A stretch of 62,490 nucleotides of DNA from Balamuthia mandrillaris. Taxonomy: Eukaryota. Shown here piece after piece: positions 25,754 to 38,203 of the stretch (position 1 is its first letter; the number at the start of each line of letters is the position of its first letter). The notes under the pieces are model-generated. The model worked only from the letters and a program-made list of their open reading frames with translations, made no database searches and was not told the origin of the DNA. The stretch is taken from the NCBI GenBank assembly GCA_031835245.2, contig JAVKOQ020000051.1, positions 186,001 through 248,490 on the forward strand. Reading direction: 5' to 3'. The translations under genes and the position numbers were made by a program.

Positions 25754-26992
25754 ATGATTATCAACATAAAGGCGTCAACTGGGCAAAAGTACGAGGTGGA
25801 AGCGGAGGAGGGCTTGACCGTCGGTGAATTTAAGGAAACCGTGGCAGAAAAGTCAGGCATCCCTGCCGCCCAACAACGGCTCATCTTTGGAGGACACGTT
25901 CTGAAAGATGCTCGGACTCTTGAGAGTTATGGTAGTGTGCACCGCTTGCTCTTTCTTTTCGCGTGCCTTCTCCCTAACATCACTTCTTCTGATCTGACAT
26001 CATACTTTTGGGTCTTCATTCGCGAATAAAAAACAGGCATAAAAGATGGTTTTACAGTGCATTTGGTGCGAGGCGCCTCCAACAACATCGCCAGCCAAAC
26101 CACTTCAGGCCGGACACCACAGCAACAGCAACAGCAACAGCAAAGCGGCTTTGGTGGATTAGGAGGTTTGGGTGGCTTTGGTGGGCTGGGGGGCATGGGT
26201 GGAATGGGAGGACAGGGCATGCAGAGCCTGCTCAACAGCCCCATCATGGAAAGCATGCTCAACAACCCTGAACTGCTGCGCAGCCTTCTTACCACTAATC
26301 CCCAGATCAGAGCTCTCATGGAACAGAACCCTGAGGTGGCGCAACTGCTCAACGACCCACAGGTGTTGCGACAGACGCTGGAGATGACGAGAAACCCTGA
26401 GCTCATGCGAGAAATGCAGAGAAACTACGACCGAGCGTTGAGCAACATCGAGGCTTTGCCTGAGGGTTTCAACGCGCTTCGCAATATGTACACCAATATC
26501 CAAGAGCCTATGTTGAACGCCGCGACGGGATCTGCCACTGGTGGTTCGAATCCGTTTGCCAGCCTCTTCTCCTCTTCCTCTTCTTCCACAGCTTCTACCA
26601 CTTCCTCTGCCTCCTCGACTGCCACTCCCACTCCCAACTCAAATCCTCTTCCTAATCCTTGGGCTCCACCTGGTTTGTTCTTTCTTTTTCTTGTTATGTT
26701 TCAATTATTCCTTTCTTTCTTCCATTTGCTTATTCATACCTCTCACTTTTTATTATTTTTTTTAAAGAGTCTACCACGTCTTCTACAACCGGAACTGGAA
26801 CCACAACCAGCAGCGGAGGAACGCAGGCCAGTCCTTTCAGTATGTTTTCCGGATTAGGAGGAGCAACTGGCGGTAGTGGTGGCAGCCCATTTGGAATGGA
26901 TCCTTCTGCAATTCTCTCTATGATGCAAAACAACCCCATCATGCAACAGATGTTTCAACAAGTTCTTTCTGACCCTCAAATGCTTCAAGAGG

Positions 26993-27041
<49 letters not shown>

Positions 27042-27765
27042 ATCTTCTCCTTTGGTTTTAAAAAAAACCTCCTATTTATTTATTTATTTTGTTCTTATAT
27101 GTTAGGTGTTAAATAATCCAATGGTACAACAACTAACCAGCACAAACCCAATGGCAAGAACCCTCCTCCAAAATCCTCAAGTGATGGCGCAGCTAATGAA
27201 CCCAGAAACCATCCAAGCCATGCTCACCCTTCAGCGGAACCTCGGCGGTTTGGGTGGCGCATTGGGTGGTGAAGGCGGTTTAGGAGGATTGGGAGGATTG
27301 GGAGGATTAGGCGGTTTTGGCCTCTCTACTCCTTCATCCACTACTTCTACGACTGGCTCGACCACGACCTCCACCCCATCACAAACGACAACTGGTTCTA
27401 CTCCTTCTACAACTACCCCTTCTTCCACACAACAACAACAATCGCCGTTGGATACGATGAGTCTGTTGCAACAGGCATTGCGGGGTGCTTCAACTGGAAC
27501 GACAACACCTGCTGTTGGTATGTTTCTTCTCGTTATCCCTCTCTCTCACTCTCCCCCTCGCTTGCTCTCTTTGTTATTTAAGCCACCAATCCTTACAACA
27601 AAACTTGACACCAAAACAGATCCAGCGACGCTATACGCAACACAACTGGAGCAGCTGCAACAAATGGGCTTTATAAATAGGGAAGCCAACTTGGCTGCCC
27701 TTCAGGCCACCGGCGGCAACGTCTCTGCTGCGGTTGAGCGTTTGCTGAATCAATTGGGTGGATAA
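25754..27765 (+). CDS. UBQLN: Ubiquilin/Dsk2 (UBL-STI1-UBA)
   Basis: UBL ([13 protein letters not shown]), STI1 repeats ([20 protein letters not shown]) and UBA ([13 protein letters not shown]...[14 protein letters not shown]). Confidence 0.95.
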
Positions 27766-28708
27766 ACAATAAGAAAGACATTATTTTTACGACTATACCT
27801 TTTTTTAAAACTTAGCTTTGCCCTCCCTTATCTTCGGTATCTTCTTCTCTCCTCTCCGCTCCTTCTCGCTCGCCTTTAACTTTCGGGTTCTTGTTGCCAA
27901 GAGCAAAGGTCTTTTCTTCGTTCTCGTGTTGAGACAACAACAAGAAGGGCAAACGTTCCTAACTTTCTTCTGACATTTTTTTAGCGGAATGAAACGAACC
28001 AGCACCTCACAAAAAGGATCGTCTTACGATTACAAACTTTGCTCTTGCCCAAAGCGCAGTCAGCTACCTGACGTCACGTTGCGTGGCGCCTGGAAAAACC
28101 AATTTTAGCTGACATCACTCCCCCCGATCGCGATTCGGTGAAGGCTTGACCCCGCATTGACTTTGCCCGTTACCCAACATGGCGGTGGTAGGGTTAATGA
28201 ATTACGCCCTCCGCCAATGAATAACGCACCATTGTGTGATTGAGAAGATAGGCTCATCGTGGCTTTTTTTTGTTCCGTTGCCTCTGCAACAGACCGGCAC
28301 GCACAAACGCACACACGCACGCAGGCAAAAGGGGGGAGGTGAGGGCAGGTCGTCCGGACGGAAAAAAATAAGCTAGTCGCACACGCAGTGCAAACACACA
28401 CACAAAAAACGAAAGGAAAGAAGACCGAGCTAGTGAAGCGAAGTGAAGCACTTTCTCTCATCTCTCTCCCCTTTTTTTTTTTTGGATTTCGAACCAGGCC
28501 ACGTTACAATAACGTAGCAAGCGCCAAAGAAGCAAACAAAAAAAAGAGAGAAGAGGAAGACAAGGGAAGGAAGGAAGGAGGGAAGAAGATTTCAAATCGG
28601 TTTCTTCTCTCGCTCGCATTGCGTAAATTTTGGAGAAGGAAAAAATCTCTCTAATAAAAAAAAAAAAAAAACGGAAGGAGGAGGAAAAATAAATAGATTA
28701 AAAGAAAG

Positions 28709-31554
28709 ATGGACAAGAAGCTGTTGTTGATGTGTTCGGACAAGAATGCCAAGATTATGGCTATTCTCAAGGACCAGGACTCGGACCAGGTGCAAGAGTT
28801 CGAGACCACCATCCAAATGGTGCAAGTGGTGGTGAACCGCCTGCTCAAAGGCAAAAAGGCGATCAACATCGATACCAACCTGCTCGAACAGGTCTACAAA
28901 ACTTTGGACAAGTATCAACAAATCTTGGAACAATACGTTGACTCTGGTTCGTCTTTTTTCTCCTCTTCCTTCGCTTGTTTTAAATTATAATCAATCGTAA
29001 TCTCATTTCACTTCATCAATTTGTTTTTTTTGTTTGAAAGGAATGATAAGAAGATTACTCAGTTCCAATCGATTGCGGCGAAGATTGGAGCAATGCAACG
29101 CTGCGCTTCACACTCACCTGAAAAACTTTGTGGAGAGCCTCAAACAGCTCAACAGCGCCAAAGCCGCATCTCCCGCCAACAAAGCCCAGGCCAACAGCAC
29201 GGGCGCTCCCCCCTCTTCAACGGAAGTGGCGAATGCCAACACCAAGAAGTCGGCGACAACAACCACGACGACCAAAAAGAAGACGAAGAAGGAGAAGAGC
29301 AAAACCGGAACAACAGACGCCAACAAGAAAATAAAGAAAAAGAAGAAAGCTTCCTCCACAACAGCAGGAACCAACAGCAAAGACAAGTCCACCAAGAAGG
29401 AGAAGAAGAAACACAAGACCAAAAAGACTACTGCTGCCGCTTCTGCTTCTTCAACGACTGCAGCGGAAGAGCTAAACAAACCTCCTGAAATACCATCAAC
29501 TGCGATCAAAGCCGGTCAAGAAGACAGCAAAATTATTTCCTCCCAGGAGAGCTATCCGAAGACGGCTTATGCCGATGTGCCGAAGACCTCTGCCACTGCT
29601 TCAGCCAACAAGACGACTTCCGATGTGGACCAGTCCTCTTTGACAGAGTGTACTGACTCGTTTGGTAGTCCACCTACGTCCGTCTCTGCTGGCTTCACGC
29701 AGTCCAAAGACAGCGATGATGAGGAAGAGGGTGGCGAGGAACACGAAAGAAGGAAAAGAACTAGCAGCAAGAAAGGAAGAGGTGGTGACGACGAGGATGA
29801 AGACGACGAGGAAGAGGAGGAGGATGACGATGAGAATGATGGAGATGTCACGCCGCGAATGCCGGTGGGAGACACTCCAGCAGCGAAGACCACCATGTAT
29901 GAAGCGGACGACGTGTTCGAGGATGGACAGGAGCATTTGCTTCATCTCTCCGAGAACATGATTCGAGATGCTCAAGGAAAGCGAATGTGGACACAGTTGT
30001 TTGGAGAAGAGGTTTTACTCAAATTCCCTTTTTTTCCCATGATCCCTTCCTTGAAGCTTATTGTGTTTTTGTTTTCCTGTTTGCCAGACATTCTTTGTGG
30101 ATATTAATGTCTTTTTGGATGCATTGGAAGGTGTTCTTGGACACGCCATTACGCTTGACGATAGGACCTTGTTGATTCATGTTCTAGGTATTACTCCTCT
30201 CTCGCTTTTGGCGTAATGTCTATTCTCTTACATTGCGCAAATAGATAACTCGGGAACTGGTTTTGCAAACATGTACAAATGGAGCGAGTTTCTCAAAGGC
30301 TTTGGTCCTTTGCCTCAAATTATTGCAAACGTAATTTCTTGCTCTCCCTCTCTCTCCCTCCGCTGTCTTCTTCTTTCTTCCCATTATTATTTTCTATTCT
30401 TTTTATCTTCATTCGTTTCCCTCTAGTTGCTGACTTTAAAAAAAAACAAACAAACAACGTACAAATAGCTCCGAAGAACATTCTTCTCTCCGTGTGTATT
30501 CCTCAACTCCCTTTCTCTTTTTATTTTCTTCCACCGCTGCTTACCATTTTTCTTTTAATTGCATCAAATGTATTAGATGGTTCCATGGCTTCTTATCATC
30601 TCGCGAAGCAACACTGCTCTTGGAACAACAACCTATTGGCACTTTTCTCATTAGGTTCAGCCGTTCCAGCAGCGGATCCTTCGCGTTGGCCGTCGTCAAC
30701 TCCCCTGGCAACGTTTTGCACATTCTCATCGAGAGCGCTCAGCCCGATGGCTTCAAGATAGAAGAGGAAGATGGAGAGGGCACCAAAATCTTTGGAACGT
30801 TAGAGGATATCATCGACCATTACTCTGTGTTCCTTAAATTCCCTTTCAATTCGGATCTGCCTCGCGAAAGGTTCATTTCTTTCTTTCTCTGTTGCAGTTT
30901 TTCTCTCTCTCTCTCTCTCTCCCTCTTACTCTCTTACTCAAGGTTCCTCTTTCTCATTTGTTTATTCACTTTTCTTGTTGTTGGAATAAAACTAGTTGGT
31001 TCCATGGAGATGTATCTTCCTCCGAGTCGGAAGAGCTTCTTGCTGATCATCCACACGGCACATTCCTTATCCGTTTCAGTTCGCGATCTGGTTGCTTTGC
31101 AGCTTCCTACAAGGATGGAGAGGCCATCAAGCATGCCCTCATACAAGCGGTGCCCGGTGGCTTCATGTTTGCTGGAGAGCGGGAGACCTATCCTACCCTC
31201 AAAGATATGATTGCTGCCTTCTCTCACACTCTTCGGTATGTTTCTTGCTTTCCTGTCTTTCTTGTAGTTTCTCTCTTCTCTCTCTCTACATTTGTTCTTG
31301 CTATACAGCTTCTAGTAATTTTTTACTTCTTTCTTGATCCTATCGTTTCTTGTTGCTTCTTGTTTTCTATCTTTATGAGCCCACTAATCATGTTTTAACT
31401 CCATTCCAGTCATGCACTTCCCAACGCGGAGAACACGGTGGTAAACATCATTCGAAGCCACAGCAACGAGGCCCGCGCCAAACTCCAGCGAGGCAGCAGT
31501 GAAACACCGACACCTGGGCACTATGCCAGCTTCAACAAAATCGACCAACACTGA
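28709..31554 (+). CDS. Tandem-SH2 domain protein with N-terminal helical bundle and EF-hand-like module
   Basis: Two SH2 domains (WFHGFLSSREA...GTFLIRFS and WFHGDVSSSES...GTFLIRFS), preceded by a Cbl/SHK-type segment (LDNSGTGFANMYKWSEFLKGFGP). No kinase domain. Confidence 0.85.
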
Positions 31555-32257
31555 CCGATCTGTTTTATTGTGTGTTTTTTTTTTCATCTGCCACCTCAAC
31601 TGACTGTCACTCACCTTTTTTTTGTGTTTTTGTGTTGTTATGTTTTTTAGCTTTTAAAAACAATTTTGTTCTTTTTCTTGTTGTTGTTCTCTCTCTTCTC
31701 TCTCTCTCTGTTCCTCCCTCTTCTCTTCTCTCTGTTTCTCTCTCTTTGTGGGTGAGTAGGATTTATCCAAAAATGCGAAAAGGTGAGGTAATGCGCAGGA
31801 CGCGACCAAGGTGCAACAATGTCCGAGCCTCGCACCGCATCCAAGTCACGCCCCAAGTTCTCCACTCCAAATAATGGTCGACGGGGACCTAGCCATCTGG
31901 AAGATGGACAGTTTTTTGCCCCAGACGAAGGCGCAGAGGGGCGTGCTGTGTAAAGCGTCTCTTGGCGGCGCTGCAAGCTGTCTCTTCCCCACGCGTCACA
32001 CGCACAACCTCCATGCAACACCCCTTGCCTTCTTTTGTGAGAGTTAAGCTCAGCGTTGCCGCACAACCCTCCATTCCTATGGCTTTCGAACCCCCCTAAC
32101 GAGAGAACGTGTTCAACCATTTTCGTTGGACCTGGAAATGACTCGAGGAGAACCAACCAAATTATTGAAGGGTTGTGTTATGAGATGGAGGAGCACGCCT
32201 CTTTGGCCCTCCTCTCCTCCCCTTTATTGTTTTTTAACACGACACAAACATAACCCA

Positions 32258-34554
32258 ATGGTTCTTCGTGGCGTTTCTTTGGTGGTTGGCCTGCTGGTTG
32301 TGGTCTGCCTTGCGGCAACGGCGGTGCTCGCTCTCCCACAGCAGCAACTACAGCATGGCGGCCAGCCGCAGCCCCTGCTCAGCATCAACATTAACAACAA
32401 CGTTGGGGACCACAACGCTGAACTGAAACAAAGTGCCGCTGGCGGCCCTCTTTTGGTTCCCAAGCCTGCTGCCATGTCATTTGGCTCCACCACCGTGGAA
32501 CTAGCCTCCTCCTTTCAGGTTTGTTGCTCTCTTCTCCCTTCTCTCTCCACTCCACCTTCCTGCTTCTTACGTCCCTCACTTCCATAGTTCACTGCCGCCA
32601 CTCCAAATTATGACTTGACGGCCGCTTTCCAACGCTACAAGCAGCTGATCTTTGATCACGCCTCTTCTTCCTCCTCTGCCATTCGTCGTAAGAACAGCAA
32701 CAACAAAGAAGAAGATCTGGTCAGTTTGACGGGCTTGCAAGTGACGGTGGAGGACAACAGTGCTCCGCTGCAACATGGCGTCTCTGAGAACTACACGCTT
32801 ACCATTCCCTCGTCGTCTGCTTCGTCCGCTCAGCTCTCCGCCAAGACCGTGTGGGGAGCCTTGAGGGGCCTGGAGACGTTCAGCCAGTTGGTGGCCTTTA
32901 ACTTTTCGACTAGAACTTATCAGATAGCCTATGCTCCTATCCAGATTCAAGACGGGCCACGCTTTGCTTATCGTGGATTGTTGGTTCGTTTTGCTCGTTC
33001 GTCTCCTCTACTTCATGTTGCTCATTACGGATAAAATAATGTATAAAAGGTGGACACCTCACGCCATTTCGAGCCGTTGCGAACGCTTCGCAGTGTGGTT
33101 GACTCCATGACGCATGCCAAGCTCAACGTCTTGCATTGGTAACGTTTAATGCCTCTCTTTCCTTAGATTTTTTTTTTGGTCTCATGAGCTCTGTGTTTTT
33201 ATTATCTGATAGGCACATGACCGATACACAATCGTTTCCATTGGAGAGCGCGTCTTTTCCAGCTCTTTGGGACGGTGCTTACAGCCCGATGGAAAGGTTT
33301 ACTTTGGACGACGTTGCTTCCATTGTAGAGTACGCACGCCAACGTGGCGTCCGTGTAATGGTACATTCTCTTCTAACAGTCTTTTCTCTTGTTTCTGATC
33401 TCTTCGTTTTTCATATTTTCTATTCCTAACAAATTTGATTAGGTGGAGTTTGATGTTCCTGGGCATGCAGGCTCATGGTGCGCCGGCTATCCTGAAATAT
33501 GCCCTAGCCAAAGCTGCAACCAACCATTGAACCCAGCAACAAATAAGGTTGATATTACTCTCTTTCTCTTTCTCTTTCTCTTTCTCTTTCTCTTTCTCTT
33601 TCTCTTTCTCTTTCTCTTTCTCTTTCTCTTTCTCTTTCTCTTTCTCTTTCTCCCTTGCCCTTGCTTCATTCAACAACTTATCATCTTTGCCCTCAACAAA
33701 AAGACTTTTGAAGTAATAGCTGGATTGTTGGCTGATGTTACAGGCAAGGCTAGCCGTTCTGGGATCTTCTTTGAAGATTTTCTGCACTTGGGCGGCGACG
33801 AAGTGGACACGTCCTGCTGGTCCCAATCGCCAGCCATCTCCACCTGGATGCAGCAGCACAAGTTCACAACAGATGATACTTACATGTACTTTGTGCAACG
33901 CGCTCACGACATCGCTATTGCCTATCAACGCACTCCTGTCAACTGGGAAGAGGTCTTCAACCACTTTGGTACCAAGTTGGACAAGAGAACCGTCATCCAT
34001 GTTTGGCTCGATAAACAGACGCTGGCCAGAGTCGTGGCTGCTGGCTATCGTGGCATCCTTTCCAATAACGACGTGTGGTATTTGGATCATTTAGGTTTGT
34101 TCTTTCTCTTCTTTGGAGGTTTAAAATGACTAAAAGCAACACAATCCAAAGGAACAACATGGCAACAGTTTTATCTGAACGAGCCATTCCAGTACATCAC
34201 AGACCCGAAGCAACAGGCGCTTGTGTTGGGAGGAGAGGTCTGCATGTGGGGTGAGACCGTCGACACGAGCGACATCTTCCAAACCATTTGGCCTCGTGCT
34301 GCCGCCGCTGCAGAACGGTTGTGGAGTCCTAGTTCCCAGAACGACACCACCGAGTTCTTGCCTCGCCTGGAACGTTTCCGATGGTTAGTTTCATTCCTCC
34401 TTTTCTTTCCCTTTTCTCTCTCTGCTGATGTCCTGTTAACGTTGTTTCCAACAACAACAGTTTGTTGAATGAAAGAGGATTTGCAGCAGCTCCTACAAAT
34501 AACGCTCAAGCAAGAACTGCACCTTCAGGTCCTGGTTCTTGCCTTTCACAGTAA
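32258..34554 (+). CDS. Beta-N-acetylhexosaminidase (GH20) with signal peptide
   Basis: ENYTL, GALRGLETFSQL, DGPRFAYRGLLVDTSRHF, LNVLHWH, EFDVPGH, HLGGDE, LGGEVCMWGE and IWPRAAAAAERLWS motifs. Confidence 0.95.
33559..33652 (+). repeat. (CTCTTT)n intronic microsatellite
   Basis: Perfect hexamer array inside a GH20 intron. Confidence 0.93.
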
Positions 34555-34608
34555 ACAACCGATGAATGAACCAAGTTTTATTTACATGCTGCCGTTTCTC
34601 AGAGAAAC

Positions 34609-36227
34609 TTAGGTGTTCTGTCCATCATCACAGTTCAGTTTTCTTGCACGGCTTGGCACTTTAACAAGGTGGTGCTGACGGGTGGTCTTCTCCGAGACTC
34701 TCAGCGGGGAGAGATGCGATGCATCCAGTTGACGGAACTCCTCCACGGCTTGTTGGATGCGATCAGCATCGGAGGTATCTTTGGCGTAGAGCCGGAGAAA
34801 CGTGTCACAGGGGAGTCCTTGTGGAATCATGCTGCTTATCTCAGCAGTGGTGAGGTAGGCAGAGTGAGCAAATAACTCTGATTTGAAGGGAGGTTGTCCA
34901 GCGGATGCAAAGAACTTAATCTTCACAACCAACAACTGGGTGATTTCGTTGTTGAACCTGTCGAGGTTCTCTCCCGCCATGGACATCTCCTTTTGTTGGT
35001 CCAACCACTTTCTCTCCGCAACAAACTTGTAGAGATCTCGGTTGCGCATCCGTAGAACGAGGTTTCTAGCAGCCGCGAGGTTATGAGCTTCCTCTTCGTC
35101 GTTCTCTGCTTGTCTACTGTTTGTTTGAATTCTCTTTCGTTCTAGCTCACGAAGGATACCATCCGTGAGGGAGGCATAGTAGCGATAGTCCTTTTCCCGA
35201 ATCATGTCCTCCAGTGCGAGGTATCGACTGGCCATGAGGAAGATATCAGATATCATGAGCTCTATTCCTTTGACCACAGGGTGTTGGTACGTCTGCTGAT
35301 GAAGGGCGAATCGCGTGTTGAACATTTGGTAAATGTTGTAGGCTTCTTTGGGGCGAAAGACGATTTCGTAGTCATCGCCCACGTTGCTGAACTCTATCAA
35401 TCGATTGAAGTCAAAGCCAAGAGGCAAGGCCGCACTCTTGCAATCTCTTGATAGATAATCAAACTTGTCTACATCGATGCTGTGGTTGTGGTGTTAGTCA
35501 GAATAAACCAAGAACAAAAAGACACAAAAGAGAGAAGAGAAACAAGGTGAGAATAGAACGAGAGAAGGACATCAAACCTTGTCTTTTCGTTGTTGACAAT
35601 ACGGTAGAGGAACTTTCTTGGGTCGTCGTTCCAAACCTTGCCACGTATCATATGAGCTACCTTGTCCAACTCCTCCTCGCTCAGCACCCCTTTCTCCTCG
35701 TTGATCAACCTCAGCAGTTCCACTGACAAGTTCTCATGCTCCCATTCCTCAAACTGCGCTCCCACGTTTTTACAGAGAGTCTTCATAACTCCCTCAAAGG
35801 TGTGACTGAAGGGGCCGTGACCCAGGTCATGGCACAAGCCTGCTACCTCCACCAAGAACATCTCCCTCTCGGTGGCCAGCCCAGGGTTCAGCTTGCAGAG
35901 GTGCTGCATCCATTGACCGGCCAAGTAGCACGTCCCCACGCAGTGTTCGAAGCGGTTGTGGGAGGCCCCTGGGAATACCAGGTACATTCCTCCCAGCTGC
36001 TTCAAATCGCGCAGCCGCTGGAAGATGGGAGTGTCAATGATTTCGAAATGCTTTTCGTGGATAGGGATGAGGCCATGGACAGGGTCGTTGAGGTATTTGT
36101 AGGGCATGATGGGTGTGCTCCCCCGAATGCGGCGCGGAGGGGAGGGCTGCTGTGCTGCCTCGGTCTCGTCGTTGTCCACCTCCTCCGCTGTTGCCTCCTC
36201 CCTTTTGCGCTTGCCTTTGGCGTCCAT
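34609..36227 (-). CDS. SAMHD1-like HD-domain dNTP triphosphohydrolase (no SAM domain), one intron
   Basis: NDPVHG, IIDTPIFQRLRDLKQLG, FPGASHNRFEHCVG, LCHDLGHGPFSH, IDVDKFDY and YQHPVVK motifs. Confidence 0.92.
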
Positions 36228-36483
36228 GGCGAGGTGCGTTATGACAGCAGATCAGCTTGGCTCGCTTGTTCTGCAGCGCAACAACCACCGCACCTGTGCT
36301 ACCCCTTTTTTTTTTGTTGTTTCCCTTTCTTTTATTTTCAGGCAGCCGATGCACCAATTGTTTTTCAAAAGTTGATCAATAGTGATCGGAATTTAAGGTG
36401 AAGAATTTCATGTCGTCATGGAATGATGAACCTGGAAAGAAATAAGAAAACAGAAAAGAAGGGAGAGGAGCACGACACCATTG

Positions 36484-36894
36484 ATGGGCCGCAACAGGGC
36501 AGGAGGCAAGGGAACTCGAGAAAGGGAAAGAACCCGCGAGGCGGGGGGAGGGGGAAGAGTGGAAGCCGGCCGAGGCGGTAAACGGAGAAAAGACAAGCAA
36601 CGAGATGCCAAAAAGTACTGCGTACCTCCTCCTCCTCCTTCTCGCCGCTCAACCACCTTGGTTCGTTGCTTCTGACTCTGACTCCTCTTTGGTTGGTTCT
36701 TTTTTTTTGTTGCTCGGCGAACAGAAATGCAGTTCCCAAAGGCAAAGGCTTTAACAAGTCCCTGCCACAAAAACTTCCTGTTCGGCTTGCCATGTGGGTA
36801 CGCTGTTGTATGCTCTCTCATTCTCTCTCATTCTCTCTCTCTCTCTCTCGTCTTCTCGCTCTCTCTCTCTCTCTCTCATTCTCTCATTCTCTCT

Positions 36895-36932
<38 letters not shown>

Positions 36933-38100
36933 TCTCGCTCTCTCGCTCTCTCTCTCTCGCTCTCTCTCTCTCTCTCGTTCTCTCTCCCCCCCCCTCTCTC
37001 TCTCTCTCTCTCACACCACAACCATTTAACGAACTTGTGTCACAAACAGGACTTTGGGCAATGCGACTCTAAGAAATGTACTGGCCGCAAACTGAGTCGT
37101 CTGGGCTACGTGAAGTGCCTTCGCCTTAACACGCCGTTTCAGGGCGTGGTATTGAGGTTTCAAGCTCCTTCGAGTTCCTCCCTCCTTTTCTTCAAACACT
37201 GGTTATGACCACCTCCAAAACACAAACTACAGCCCAATGGGACAAAGAGCCATTTCTGCGGAAGATAGAGCACACGTGGAGGTAAGCGGCATATCCGCCA
37301 TCGATTGCTCATGGGCCAAGCTGGAGTCCATTCCCTTCACTAAAATGAGGGCTGGGCAACATCGCCTCTGTAAGTCTATTGTTGTTTTTGCGTTTATCAC
37401 CACTCAGCGCCATATTAACCTTATTTCAAACAAAGTGCCATATCTCGTTGCTGCGAATCCGATCAACTATGGACGGCCATTGAAGCTCTCTTGTGCAGAG
37501 GCGTTTGCTGCCACTCTGTTTATCACTGGCTTCAAAGAAGAAGCCGAAGAGATCATGAGCAAGTTTACGTGGGGCCATGCCTTTTATGAGCTCAATCAGT
37601 TAGTTCCTCTCTCTCTTCCTCTCTCTCTCTCCCTCCCTCCCTCTCCCTCTCTCTCCCTCTCTCTCTCCCTTTCTTTGGTGCACACTCATAATTTCTTCGA
37701 CGACGATAGGGAATTACTGGACAAGTATGCCGAATGCAAAACTAGCGCGGAGGTTGTACAGGTGCAAAATGAGTGGTTGGAGCAATGCGAACGCGAATTA
37801 GAGGAAAAGAACAAACAAGGATCAGAAGGTTTGCAATATCATTCTACATCGTTCATTTTGCATTATTTAAACTAATATGTTACACGTGCAGATGGTGAAG
37901 ACGATCTGATGGTTGCCAATCCTAACCATGCTAATCGACGGAACCTTTTGATGCCGTCCTTTAGCAGCGACGAAGAAGATGATGATGAAGAAGACGAGGA
38001 TGAGGACGAGGACGAGGATGAAGATGACGAAGAGGACGAGGACGAAGAAGAAGAAGAGAGCGATGAAGAGGGAGAAAGCGATGACGAGGAAGAAGACTAA
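36484..38100 (+). CDS. TSR3: 18S rRNA aminocarboxypropyltransferase
   Basis: [50 protein letters not shown] and FTWGHAF motifs with an acidic tail. Confidence 0.95.
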
Positions 38101-38203
38101 CACACAAAAAAAAAACAGATATTAAGCAGTGGGTGTCGAACCTACGGCACACCATCCTAAAAACATAACTGACATGAATTGGTATCGAACGTAAGGAAGT
38201 ACT

